A stretch of 64,000 bases of DNA from Bdellovibrionales bacterium (GTDB lineage Bacteria > Bdellovibrionota > Bdellovibrionia > Bdellovibrionales > UBA1609), in contig OZ244719.1 of the NCBI GenBank assembly GCA_965219095.1, positions 482,142 to 546,141 on the forward strand, in the 5' to 3' direction. The notes beneath the pieces are model-generated. The model saw only the letters and a program-made list of their open reading frames with translations. It ran no database searches and was not told where the DNA came from. The position numbers and the translations under genes are program-made. How positions within the stretch are numbered: the first letter of the stretch is position 1; each line of letters opens with the position of its first letter. Of the stretch, positions 42,259 to 54,356 are shown piece after piece.

Positions 42259-43166
42259 AACAACTCCTTTTCAAAAGCTTTAAACTCTTCTAAAGAATTA
42301 AAACTATAAACAAACATCTTAGGCCTTATCTTTCTTACAAGACCTTTTAAAACATTCCCCTGTCCTACTTCTATGGCAGAGGTTATCTTTAAATTATAAA
42401 GGGTCTCTATACAACTTGTCCATAAAACAGGAGAAGAAATTTGCTCTATTAAATTTTTTTTTAAAATTTCAGGATCTGTTTCAGCTTTTGCTGTAAAATT
42501 TTGAACCACATAGCAGGAAGCTTTTTTAAATGTTAAACTTTCTAAAACAGGCTTCATAGCCTCTTTAGCAGGCTTCATAAAAGAAGAATGAAAGGGGGCT
42601 GACACTTTTAAAACTTTAAAATAAATTTTTTCTTTTTGGTTTAAAGAGTTCATCATGTTGTGAACATGGCTTGTTTTACCACTCAAAACCACCTGTTCAG
42701 GAGAGTTAAAATTAGCTATTTCAAGTTGGAATTTCTGAGAAAGTTTTTTAACCTCCTCTAAAGATCGTTTTAAAACAGCTACCATAGACCCTTGTTCTTT
42801 TGAAGACTTTTGCATAGCTTCTGCTCTCTTCCTAACAACTCTCAAAGCGTCTTCAAAATCCATTACATCACTTGCTACTAAAGCTCCGTACTCTCCTACA
42901 GAATGACCACTTGTGGCTTCTGGTTTCAACCCTCTTTGTTTTAAAATTTGGGTATAAGCATAAGAGGTTAAAAGAATTGCAGGTTGGGTGTTCTGAGTTA
43001 AGGACAACTCACTTTCTGAACTTTCAAAAAGTAGTTTTTCAAAAAAAAGACCAAGAGTATCGTTAGCTTGTTCAAAAAGCTTTCTTACAGAAGAAAACTC
43101 TTGATAAAGCCATTTTCCCATATCTGGTGTCTGACTTCCCTGCCCAGGAAAAAGCCAAGCTTTCAT
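42255..43166 (-). CDS. fabD: Malonyl-CoA:ACP transacylase
   Basis: FPGQGSQ, GHSVGEY, SAPFHS. Confidence 0.95.
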   Translation of the reverse strand: MKAWLFPGQGSQTPDMGKWLYQEFSSVRKLFEQANDTLGLFFEKLLFESSESELSLTQNTQPAILLTSYAYTQILKQRGLKPEATSGHSVGEYGALVASDVMDFEDALRVVRKRAEAMQKSSKEQGSMVAVLKRSLEEVKKLSQKFQLEIANFNSPEQVVLSGKTSHVHNMMNSLNQKEKIYFKVLKVSAPFHSSFMKPAKEAMKPVLESLTFKKASCYVVQNFTAKAETDPEILKKNLIEQISSPVLWTSCIETLYNLKITSAIEVGQGNVLKGLVRKIRPKMFVYSFNSLEEFKAFEKELL

Positions 43167-43179
43167 GATTTACTTCCTC

Positions 43180-44160
43180 CTAATACTTTAAGTAAATACT
43201 GCCACTAGTTAAACCCCCTCCAAAAGCCGTGATAAGAATGTTATGACCTCTTTTGATACGTCCATCTCTTACAGCTTTATCAAAAGCTAAAGGAACTGTG
43301 GCTGCAGAACTGTTTCCCATTGTTTTAATCTCTATAATTACTTTCTTTTCTGGAAACCTGAGTTCTTTTGCCAGACCTCTTAAAATTCTTATATTGGCTT
43401 GATGAGGGACCAGCCAATCCACATCATTACCAGGGGCTTGTTTCAAAACGTTTTCACAACAAATGGACATGATGCGAATGGCTTTTTTAAATACATCATT
43501 ACCTTTCATGACAATTTTATCCAAATTTTTTCCCACGTTCTTTTCTGTAAGGGGCTCTAAAGATCCTCCTGCAGGAATTTTAATCAGATCTCCTAGAGAT
43601 CCATCAGAATAAGAATAATGGCTATAGATTTCAGAAGATTCCTCTTTTTCCCCTCTTCCCACCACCATAGCTCCTGCTCCATCACCAAATAAGACACAAG
43701 TACCCCTGTCCTTGTAATTGGTCACTGATGTTAAAACTTCTGAACCTACGACAAGCAAGTTTTCAACAGCTCCTGTTTTTATGAATTGATCCGCTACAGA
43801 CAGAGCATAAACGAAACCTGTACAAGCAGCCGACAAATCCCAAGCCATTCCTTCAAAAGGAAGTGCCAATTTTCTTTTCACTAAGCATGAAAGGTTAGGC
43901 ATACGGTAATCAGCTGTCATTGTGGCTGCTAACACCATGCCGATGTCCTTAGCTTTCAAACCACTTTCTTTAAGGGCTTTCTGAGAGGCTTTATAAGCCA
44001 TATCACTACAGCTTTCCTCACCTGCTTTATGTCTTTGAGCAATACCTGTTCTTTCTAAAATCCATTGATTGCTGGTATCTACAATTTTTTCTAAATCACT
44101 GTTAGTAATGACTTCTTGAGGAAGATAAGAGCCTGTACCTTTGATTTTTGTTTTATACAT
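43180..44160 (-). CDS. fabH: 3-oxoacyl-ACP synthase III
   Basis: AACTGF, PHQAN, GNSSAA. Confidence 0.95.
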   Translation of the reverse strand: MYKTKIKGTGSYLPQEVITNSDLEKIVDTSNQWILERTGIAQRHKAGEESCSDMAYKASQKALKESGLKAKDIGMVLAATMTADYRMPNLSCLVKRKLALPFEGMAWDLSAACTGFVYALSVADQFIKTGAVENLLVVGSEVLTSVTNYKDRGTCVLFGDGAGAMVVGRGEKEESSEIYSHYSYSDGSLGDLIKIPAGGSLEPLTEKNVGKNLDKIVMKGNDVFKKAIRIMSICCENVLKQAPGNDVDWLVPHQANIRILRGLAKELRFPEKKVIIEIKTMGNSSAATVPLAFDKAVRDGRIKRGHNILITAFGGGLTSGSIYLKY

Positions 44161-44183
44161 CTACAATCTACAATTTAAGTGTT

Positions 44184-44378
44184 TTAAGCTTCCGTTTCTT
44201 CTACAGTTTTTGGAGAAAGGACTTGTCGTCCTCTATAAAAACCACAAGAAAAGCACACAGTATGGCTCAGAGTCTCAGAAGAACAGTTAGGACACTTTCT
44301 GACTTGAGGCTTATAAACTTTTTGGTGGGTTCTTCGTTTCCCTCTCCTTGAACGTGAAATTTTACTTTTTGTGTTCAT
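44184..44378 (-). CDS. rpmF: 50S ribosomal protein L32
   Basis: SRSRRGKRRTH, CPNC...HTVCFSCGFYRGR. Confidence 0.9.
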   Translation of the reverse strand: MNTKSKISRSRRGKRRTHQKVYKPQVRKCPNCSSETLSHTVCFSCGFYRGRQVLSPKTVEETEA

Positions 44379-44441
44379 AAATTACTTTTAAAATTACAGG
44401 AATTTATTTTCTATGTCCAATCTTTTTTAAACTTCTTTATA

Positions 44442-44529
44442 ATACCATTTCCAAAAATTAATTCGATATTTTTTTAACGCATAGCCTCCTGGCTTTTTAA
44501 TCAAACTCTGTTAAATTTTTAGAGTGTCT
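44442..44529 (+). mobile_element. IS630 left-end remnant
   Basis: Reverse complement of 32740-32826. Confidence 0.75.
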
Positions 44530-44996
44530 ATCAAAAAGTATGTCAAGAAAAAACACTTCTCCATTTACAAAAAATATAAAAATTTTTTTTTGCATACGGT
44601 CACGAATATTCTAATCACCTAAGAGAAAACTTCCTGCATTTCCTTTCCATTTTTAATGATTCTTCCTTTACACATTGTAAAACAAACACATTCCTATTAT
44701 GCGTCTATTTGAACCTTTTTTAGTTTTAAATCATGAATTCCAAAGATTTAAAACCTTAGATTATAGTAAATTTCAGGAATAGAGGATGTGCTATTCGTCG
44801 AAATGAATTTTTTATAAATATCACTCTAATTACCTAAATTCGAGATAAATTTTACTCACTAGGATTTTCCATTTTAGGTCACCTCAAAGAAACTCCATTT
44901 CTATAGGGGAAATACAGGAATTTTCAATCCAAAGAAAAATAAGCCTTGACTTTTCTTAGGTTTATAGTGAGTATTATACTCACTAGGAGGTGTTCA

Positions 44997-46398
44997 TGAG
45001 CTTTATTAGAAGATACAAAAAGGGTGGTGTCGTTTATCTTGCAGAAGTAGAAAATCGATGGGTTAAAGGTAAAGTTGTTCAGAAATACATCCGTCATATT
45101 GGAAAAGAAGTTAATAAAGAGGCTGTCATTTCTCTTTCATCAAAAGATATTCAAATGGATGGTTAAAAATCTATGGTCCCTTGCTTGCCTTTCACAGCAT
45201 TGCAAAAAAAATAAATCTTCCAGAAATTTTAGGGGGAATACTCCAACGAAATACTAAGCATGACTTACGCTCACTGTATAAATTATAAAAGCTTACGGAA
45301 TATGCCAAAATGGTATGAAAGAACTGATTTAAATTTGCTTCTAAACTTAGATTCTTTGACAGAAAGTCGATATTAACGATGAGCAAATAGAAGCTTATCA
45401 GAAAACCATCTTTAATAAGGTCAAGAGAACATATAAATTAGATACCAAAGGTCTAGTTTATGACACTACAAACACTTATTTTCATGGAAAGGCCTGCTCA
45501 ATGGGAAAACAAGGAAGAAGTAAGGATGGTCAAAGACAAAATGATCTTATTCAAATAGCTTTGGTGACAACACAAAATGAAGGAGTTCCTGTATTTCACA
45601 AAACATTTGATGGAAATATTCATGACGCAAGAACTCTTTCATGCGTTCTAGAGTATTTACGAAAAAGTCAAATTCGTCCTCAACTGTTTGTTTATGATCG
45701 GGGTGTAGTTTCTAAAAAAAATCTGATGTCCTCTAGAGAAATAGGCTTAAATACCTTATGTGGCTTGCCCATTCGAGAGAAAGAAAAGGCTATTATAAGA
45801 AAGTTTTCAAATAAAAAATTCCTGGACAACATATCAAGCATAGTCCGAGTCAATAAGAGTAGTTTTTATGTGGGAGGAGTTGCTTATAAATTAGCTTCAA
45901 TTAGTGGAAAATTGGTAATTTGTTATAATGCATCGAAAAAATTAGAGGAAACAGAATCAAGAAGATTGGGCCTTCTTGAGGCTCAAGAATTAAGAAAAAA
46001 AGGGAAAAAGATAAATGAACGTTTTGAAAGATATTTAACAGCCACTGGCAGAATCAGGACAGAGCTTTTAAAAAGAGAGGAAGAGTTGGATGGATTTTTT
46101 TGTCTTTTCTGCACAAAGAAATCCATTTCAGAAAAGGAAATGGTAAGGATTTATTTTGACAAGGATGTTATAGAACAAGCTTTTAAAGTATTGAAAGGTA
46201 TCTCGAATATACAACCTATCAGATTTTGGCTAAACAAAAAAGTTAAAGCCCATGTGTTCATATGTTATTTATCCTATCTTTTATTATCAATTTTAAAAAT
46301 GAGATTAAATCATAAAAATGTTGGAATATCTCCACAAAAAGCCATTGAGGAGCTGGAAACAATGTATAATGTTTATTTTTCTGATAAAAAGAAAAAAG
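44997..46398 (+). pseudogene. IS1634 transposase, frameshifted and cut by ISL3
   Basis: MSFIRR..YLAEV start; YDTTNTY, YDRG, IEQAFK. Confidence 0.85.
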
Positions 46399-47920
46399 GC
46401 CTCCTCAAAAGAATCTGTGGGTTCCCGGAGGTTCTGGCAGTTTTCCAAGGTTATGATATAAGGCGATTTTTATAGCTTTAGAGGTTCTAAAGCCGTAAGA
46501 TTTTCTCATAGTGAGTTTTACTTTGTTGTTTAAACCCTCTACAATCCCTGAGGAGAAGGCTTTTTTAGCCTTGAAGTAATTAAGAATAAGTAGCTTATGT
46601 CTTCGTATGGTTTTTGCTTCTCTTTTCATAGGTTCAATTTTTGAAAGCATGACTCGTTTCGTCCAACTGTCTATAAATTTACCAGACCAAGTTGGTGAAA
46701 CATAGGTCCATAACTGTCGGAAGTCTTCTTTTAAAAAATAACAGCGGATACTTTTTAAATTGTACTGTATTAAATGCCTTAATTTTACTTTTTCATAAGA
46801 TTTTAAATTTTCTGCATTTTTTAACAAGGGCCATCTAGCTTTTGTTAAAAGGGGTTCATACCCGTCTTCTTTCATTTTTTTGTGTTCTGAAGCTCTCACT
46901 TCGTCTAAAGCCTTATTGAGTCTTGCTACGATATGAAACCGATCTAATATGTGTAAAGCTCCACTTGCCCTCTCCTTTATGACTTTTAAATAAGGCTTCC
47001 ACATATCAGAACACACAAACCGTATATCTTTTGACTTCTCTCCTAGTAAATCAAAGAATTTTCTAAAACTCTTTTCTGTTCTTTTTTCTCCTATCCATAG
47101 CAAACGAACACTTTCTTTGCTTATTTCATAGACTAAGGTGAGATACTGATGGTTCTTTTTCCATTGTATTTCATCTACACCTATAGCTTGTATTCCCTTT
47201 AAAACCCTTTGTTTTAAACCATATTCTACGACCCATTCTACCGAAGCATAGACCTGATTCCAACTGACATGAAACTTACAAGAAACCTCTTTCCAAGACA
47301 GGTGACGACACCAGTCTGCTAAATACTTCATGTAAAAAATTGTTAGGTTTTTCTTCCCATCTGCCCAAGGTAAATACTCAACTTTTACTCCACAGCAAGA
47401 ACAATTAACTCTTCTTACAAAATAAACAAAAAACACCCTGTAACTTAAAATAGGAAGGGATTCAAAGTCCCGTGATGATTTACTGCTGTCATACACTGAA
47501 CAGGGCTTCTTACAAACACTACAAAAAGCTTGGCCATTTTTACGAGCCTTAATAGGAACATTAATTGACTTTCTATCTTTTGAAAAATAAATGTCTTCGT
47601 ACACAAAAGACTTCCATCTTAAACAATCATTTAGTATAGTCTTCAAAAGCATCTCTTCCCTCCTTTTTTTTTTTTTTTGAATAACATTTTAAGGCATCTG
47701 GGAAGTAGGTGCTTCTTTTTTAAAATTTTAATGTAACACAGCAAATAAAAGCAAATAAAATGAATGTTTTTGAGTTCAATCACCGGAGGTGATAGAGGCC
47801 AGTAAGAGCCTCAAAGAACTCAAAAATACAAGATAGGATGTCTTAACTCTTGCTTTGATTAATATGAGCCTTTTTGGGGGATTTCTACTACTTTTCACCC
47901 ACAGATTCCCGGGAGGAGCC
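46399..47920 (-). mobile_element. Full-length ISL3 element (ORF 46405-47652)
   Basis: Near-identical to 33192-34710. Confidence 0.93.
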
Positions 47921-48413
47921 TAAAAATATAAAACCAGGTTTGGAAAAATACCTTACTCCAACAGGAAGATTAAGAAGAGATCGGTTGAATTTAGAATCTG
48001 AGTTTGATGGTTACTCTTGTATATTTTCTACAAAAAAGATCTCTGCAAAAGATATTGTTAATTTGTACTATAAGAAAGAGATAATTGAAAAATCTTTTAG
48101 GACCTTAAAGGGAATAACAAATTTGAGACCAATTCGTCATTGGCTTTACAACAGAGTTCAATCACATGTCTTTATATGCTATTTATCTTGTCTGATACTT
48201 TCAATTCTAAAAATGAAGCTTGAAAAGATGCAGATGTCTCCAGAGGAAGCTCTTGAAGAACTCGGTAGCATGTATAATGTCTATCTTTATGACCGAAAAA
48301 ATAAAACTAGACTTATCAAAACAGTAGCTTTGAATAAAGTTCAAGAAAAAATACTAAGATCTATTGGAAAAAGTCTTGTCAAAAAAACGTCCGTCTGTAG
48401 TGTACATTTTTGA
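47921..48413 (+). pseudogene. IS1634 transposase 3' fragment (different copy)
   Basis: IEKSFRTLKG..LRPIRHW. Confidence 0.85.
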
Positions 48414-48429
48414 GCACGAACTCAGGTGT

Positions 48430-48764
48430 ATTAAACGAGAGGAAGCAATAGAATTTCTTACTTTCCAGGAAAAAATCAATTTTTCTAAGCTATTCCAAAC
48501 GAGAAAAAAAACCAAAAGGACTAAAAAACAAAAGAAAAAATATACAGATCAAGAAATAAAAGAAATGGCGGCCTTTTGCATAGGCTATAAAATTAAGGAA
48601 ATGCGTTTTAAAGCAAAAAAGACGCAAAAAGAAATGTCTGATTTTTTAAATGTCACAATTTCAAAGGTGAGGCAAATGGAAAGAGGGTATATAAAATCTT
48701 CACAAATACCAGAACTGTGTAGATTTTTAAATGCATCGTTTGAGGACAAGTATTTTTTTTTTGC
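48430..48764 (+). pseudogene. XRE HTH protein fragment
   Basis: IGYKIKEMR....TQKEMSDFLNVT.SKVRQMERG; both ends cut by IS DNA. Confidence 0.6.
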
Positions 48765-48830
48765 GCCTTATATCATAACCTTGGAAAACTGCCAGAACCT
48801 CCGGGAACCCACAGATTCTTTTGAGGAGGC
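48765..48830 (+). mobile_element. ISL3 right-end remnant, inverted relative to 33192
   Basis: gccttatatcataacc...gaggaggc. Confidence 0.85.
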
Positions 48831-49286
48831 ATATTTTTTACGATATTAAAAATATCTCTTTGATGTCGCTCTATTCTTTCTTCAGTTAAAGAGTCTAAAG
48901 CTGACAATAGACGTTCTTCTGTTAAACCTTCTAAATCCAAAATAGTATTTAAGTCCGTTCTGGAAAACCAGTCTGGCATATTATTAACACTTTTGTAATT
49001 TAAGCAATGTGCATAAACCATGCTTAATATCTCATTTGAATAATTTTCCAATATGTCCGGGAGTTTGATTTTTTTTGATATTTTGTCTAGGACGATAAGG
49101 GGGCCATGAATTTTAACTTCAGAGATTTGAATGTCCTCTGAACTTAGTGAAATCACTTTTTTACCGTTCACTTCTTTTCCGATATAGCGAATATGCTTTT
49201 GCACAACCTTGCCCTTAATTCTTTTACTTTCTACCTCAGCCAGATAAGTTTTATTGCCTTTTTTTATTTTTCTTATGAAGCTCATA
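48831..49286 (-). pseudogene. IS1634 transposase 5' half
   Basis: MSFIRKIKKG..YLAEV; joins in frame to 34711 across an 8-bp target duplication. Confidence 0.85.
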
Positions 49287-49699
49287 TCCCCTCCTATAGT
49301 GTATAATATATACACTACTACAGATAGTAGTCAATGGCAAACCCCTTTCTTTTTCAAGAAATCTTGTCTTTTCTCAGAGGCAGAAAGACCGTTTTAAGAT
49401 GTTTTAAATGTTAGGATGTTTGTAGTGGATATTTTTTGCCCCGAATTTAGGTCATTTAACTCTCTTTTTAAAAGATTATTTTCTTTTTTATAAAGGTGAA
49501 TGAATTCATTGAAAATCAACTTTACATTTCCCAGATCTTTTTCCTCTCGAACAAACGAAGGAAGATGTTTGTATTCAGGGTTTTCGCTTTTTTTTAAATA
49601 AGGAAAAAGACTCATCTGCATACATTAATGTCAACATGTCTGTTTTTGTTTTGCAAGCTTTTTTTTAAAAAAAAATTAAAAAAATAATCTAAAAAAATT

Positions 49700-50426
49700 A
49701 TCTTTTCTTAAGCTCGTACTTTCTTAAAATTGAACCATGAACTAAAAGATTCAATTCACTCCTTGTTAACTCGGGAGAACTTAAATCACTTAAACTCATA
49801 AACCTTTCTTTCTCCATCCTCTTTGTTAGTAAAACAAGACCACTCCCATCATAGAACAGCCCTTTTTATCTCCTTCTATTAAAACCTAGAAAGAGATAAA
49901 GATCTCCCAAGTTGATCTCTCCTTTCATCTCACTTCTTACCAGATAACTTAACCTCTCAAAACTCCATCGCATGTCTATCTTTTGAGAGCAGACAAAAAT
50001 ACGGTAGCCTTCAGATAAAAAGATCATAAACTCCTCACTAACTCTAAAACCTCTTCCCAATCTAGACCCTTTAAGACTAAGACCTTCTCTTTCATCACAT
50101 GACTTTTCCTTTTTCAAAGAGACAGCCTTAAAAAGGGACTTCTTGTGAGAAACTGTTGAAACATAAGACTTCTTCCAGTTATTGATCGTGGAAGAGGTGA
50201 CCTTTGTCTCTTTACAAAATTTAGAAACCTTTCCTCTTTCAAAAAATCTAGAATCTCTCTCTTAAGAGCTTCTGGGTAGCGGATAAGCTTCTTGTTGGAA
50301 TTCTCCTCTCGACAAAGCTGTATCTTCTTTTTTAAATTAATCCCTTCTTCCATAAAATCCCTCCTCTTAAGAAAAACTTATAAGAGAAATTTAATCTTGG
50401 ATAGGGCGGTCATATAACCGAGTTAC
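49700..50426 (-). mobile_element. IS66 left end with tnpA/tnpB remnants
   Basis: GTAACTCGG end; IDMR.SF..L, LYLF, YDGSG.V...KR.EK. Confidence 0.8.
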
Positions 50427-50761
50427 ACAAGATCAATAAAAACTTCTCCTTTAAAATCTAAGAAATATCCCCCTCGTAGTAGTCAAGGGTTGTTAAGAAA
50501 CCGACTTAACGTTAATTTTGACTGCACTTTTTTAACGCAATCCAGTCATATAAAACTTTTATAACACACCACTTAAAATGCAGTGATCACGTCTTTTTGT
50601 AACTACTTGAATTCATTGGATTTTTGTAAAGAAGTCGCTAAAGTCGGGTGAAAGGGGGATTTTTAGTGGACAAGAAATAACTTTTAAAATAAGATTACTG
50701 AGTGAATAAAAGGAAACAAAATGAACAAAATAACAAATAGAATAACAAATAGGAGGATAAA

Positions 50762-51214
50762 ATGAAAAAATATATAATGACACTTGTCTTATTAGGGTTA
50801 ATGGCACCAAGTGTTTCTTGGTCTAATCGTGGTTCTCATAGTGAACATATGGACTGTGAAGCAACTCCATTCCCTTTTTGCTTAGTAACGACAGTAGTAG
50901 AAGGTGTGGGAACGGTAACCACAGGATTACTTGATATAGTTACTCATATATACTATCCGACGGATACCATCCGTCTAGGAATTGGACAAGGGATGTCTGT
51001 TGCTGATGATCACTTTGGCAGTGGTGATGAAATTGAAGTTCCCAACTATGATGCCAATCGTGAGCTTACTCTTGGTAGTGGATATGGCAGAGGTGTTCCT
51101 GTTAATAAATGCAATAGAGATCGAGGCATGGGTACCAATCGTACTAATGCTCTTTGCGTTGACATGAGCGGAAACACTGATGATGGTGCTTTACAACAAC
51201 AACAGGCTAATTAA
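50762..51214 (+). CDS. Hypothetical secreted protein
   Basis: aggagg RBS, signal peptide, four Cys, downstream hairpin. Confidence 0.75.
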   Translation: MKKYIMTLVLLGLMAPSVSWSNRGSHSEHMDCEATPFPFCLVTTVVEGVGTVTTGLLDIVTHIYYPTDTIRLGIGQGMSVADDHFGSGDEIEVPNYDANRELTLGSGYGRGVPVNKCNRDRGMGTNRTNALCVDMSGNTDDGALQQQQAN

Positions 51215-51246
51215 TCCGGGGCCATTGAAAAAGTAGATTTATTTTT

Positions 51247-51273
51247 GAGACTGCAATTTAAATTGCAGTCTCT
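51247..51273. terminator. Palindromic hairpin
   Basis: gagactgcaatttaaattgcagtctc. Confidence 0.7.
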
Positions 51274-51468
51274 TATAGTGTTTTTATTTTTAAAAAAATC
51301 TGGCACTGTAAATTTAATTTACTCAAGCTTCTCAGTAGGTTTAGAAAATACACATTTTTAAAATAGTTTTCTTAGCTTTGAATTGATTTGCTAGCTTTTG
51401 TGCTTTTGCTGTTTCTAATTTACCGGTCTGGCATACTACAATTTTTCTTTCCTATTTTGTAGCGAGAG

Positions 51469-52629
51469 CTATTTTTTATTGTACTGTATTAAATGCCTTA
51501 ATTTTACTTTCTCATAAGATTTTAAATTTTCTGCATTTTTTAACAAGGGCCATCTAGCTTTTGTTAAAAGGGGTTCATACCCATCTTCTTTCATTTTTTT
51601 GTGTTCTGAAGCTCTCACTTCATCTAAAGCCTTATTGAGTCTTGCTACGATATGAAACCGATCTAATATATTCAAAGCTTGACTTGCCCTTTCCTTTATT
51701 ACTTTTAAATAGGGCTTCCACATATCAGAACACACAAACTGTATATCTTTTGACTTCTCTCCTAGTAAATCAAAGAATTTTCTAAAACTCTTTTCTGTTC
51801 TTTTTTCTCCTATCCATAGCAAACGAACACTTTCTTTGCTTATTTCATAGACTAAGGTGAGATACTGATGGTTCTTTTTCCATTGTATTTCATCTACACC
51901 TATAGCTTGTATTCCCTTTAAAACCCTTTGTTTTAAACCATATTCTACGACCCATTCTACCGAAGCATAGACCTGATTCCAACTGACATGAAACTTACAA
52001 GAAACCTCTTTCCAAGACAGGTGACGACACCAGTCAGCTAAGTACTTCATGTAAAAAATTGTTAGGTTTTTCTTCCCATCTGCCCAAGGTAAATACTCAA
52101 CTTTTACTCCACAGCAAGAACAATTAACTCTTCTTACAAAATAAACAAAAAACACCCTGTAACTTAAAATAGGAAGGGATTCAAAGTCCCGTGATGATTT
52201 ACTGCTGTCATACACTGAACAGGGCTTCTTACAAACACTACAAAAAGCTTGGCCATTTTTACGAGCCTTAATAGGAACATTAATTGACTTTCTATCTTTT
52301 GAAAAATAAATGTCTCCGTATACAAAAGACTTCCATCTTAAACAATCATTTAGTATAGTCTTCAAAAGCATCTCTTCCCTCCTTTTTTTTTTTTTTTTTG
52401 AATAACATTTTAAGGCATCTGGGAAGTAGGTGCTTCTTTTTTAAAATTTTAATGTAATACAGCAAATAAAAGAATGTTTTTGAGTTCAATCACCGGAGGT
52501 GATAGAGGCCAGTAAAGGCCTCAAAGAACTCAAAAATACAAGATAGGATGTCTTACTCTTACTTTGATTAATATGAGCTCTTTTGGGGGATTTCTACTAC
52601 TTTTCACCCACAGATTCCCGGGAGGAGCC
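51469..52629 (-). mobile_element. ISL3 element, 3'-truncated
   Basis: ORF 51469-52371 stops after IQYN; left end present. Confidence 0.9.
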
Positions 52630-52758
52630 AAAAAACTAAAGCTAAACTCAAAAAAACAAGAATCCTTTAACCTGATAGAGAAAATTTTTAACTTAAAAGT
52701 CCTAAAAATTTTCTCTATTTTTTCTCCTCCCACACCCCCTTTCCTTTTCCCACATCTA

Positions 52759-53866
52759 TAGTGCTTCCGTTTAGGTTTTCAGTTTCCTAAGATAGAGAAG
52801 TTATCAGTTATCAAAGTTTCTAATTTAGATCTATGTTTTCGTATTCCTCTAAAAAATTGACTTAAACTTCCCTTGAAATCGTCATAGTTTTCATAATATC
52901 GATTCGCCGTGACCTCTTTTTTCATAAACTTCCAAAGCCTTTCTATAGGATTTAAATTCGGTGAGTACGGAGGAAGATAAACAAGTTTTATATTCAACTC
53001 TTTCGCTAACTTCTTGACAGACTTCGATCTATTGTATCCGGCCCCATCTAAGATAAGATGAATCTCTTTTTCATCGGGATGCTTCTTAATGAATATGATG
53101 GAGCATATCACATAGAAAAACTTCGTTAACTGTCTTATAACTCCTGAGCTCCACAAACATTCACTCTTTTTCTCCAGCCTGAATTGGTCTTCACTTCAAA
53201 CTTCTTACCCTCTCTTATCCAACCATATGAAATCGTAGGGCCCCACTCAGGATGTGTGGAATCAGCAAAGTAAACAGGACCGTCTTTCTTCTTAATTCTC
53301 TTGTATTTACGCACAAACTTTTTCTGCTCTTCTTTCTTTACCTTACCTGGTATCGCTGTGGCTTTTTTATAAGAAAAACCGAGGCGATGGAGAAGATCAA
53401 TTACACCACTTGTTGAGTACGTAACACCAAAATTCTCCTCAATGAACTGAATAACGGTCTGTGATGATGGAAAAATTCTTTTCTCTAATTCCTTTAAAAG
53501 CATTTTCTCCTCTTTCTTAGTTAAAAAGGACCTTTTAGGGTTGTAATTGTCGTTGATTAAGCACTCTATCCCACCTTTGTTATAACGATCTCTACAGGCT
53601 CTTATCGTGCCCTCATCAATGAAAAGAAAACGGGAAATATCTTTACACAACTCACCTTTATCTAAATGGAGAATTGTCATAATCCTTTTTACGTATTTAA
53701 TATTTTTCTCTAGAGATAGTTCATAGAGTAAATCTTTTCGCTCTTTTTTTGATAGAAACCCTGACATATGAAACTATTTTTAAAAATAAATGACTTTTTA
53801 TCAAGGCCTTAGAATAAAAACTAGACCTCAACTCAAAAAAAACTGAAAACCTAAGCGGAAGCACTA
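52759..53866 (-). mobile_element. IS630 family element (second type), split ORFs 53135-53767 and 52779-53156
   Basis: IRs tagtgcttccg...ttttcag, TA duplication, LDGAGYN, LPPYSPNLNPIERLW. Confidence 0.9.
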
Positions 53867-53941
53867 TATACACCCAACTCTGCTAAAACCTTCGGTTTTA
53901 GCAGAGTTGGGTGTGGGAAAAGAAAGGGAAAAGGAAAGGGA

Positions 53942-54169
53942 GTGCATGAAAGAGGAGCTCAGGTTTGTGGATATGCTCTAGTTTCTAGCTATGCTAAGAT
54001 TTATGGAAATGCTAGGGTTTTTGAAAATGCTAAGGTTTATGGAAATGCTAGGGTTGCTGGAAATGCTTGGGTTTTTGGAGAAGCTTGGGTTTCTGAAAAT
54101 GCTAGGGTTTATGGAAATGCTGAGGTTTCTGGATATGATGAGGTTTCTGGAAATGATAAGGTTTACTAA
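53942..54169 (+). pseudogene. Hexapeptide-repeat (NARVYG)n fragment
   Basis: 18-bp degenerate tandem repeats; 5' end abuts the hairpin relic. Confidence 0.55.
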
Positions 54170-54356
54170 AATACTTATGGATTATGATAAAAGCTTTGAG
54201 CCTGTAAATTAAATTGTGTAACTGATTCTCACTTTAAATATCACTTCCTTGACAAACAGCCATGTATCCTTTTGAAGTTGTTTTTTTATAAATCTAGTAC
54301 AGCATAACATTAAATTTTAATATTTTCATAATGCCTCTTAAACTTATTTCTAGCCT

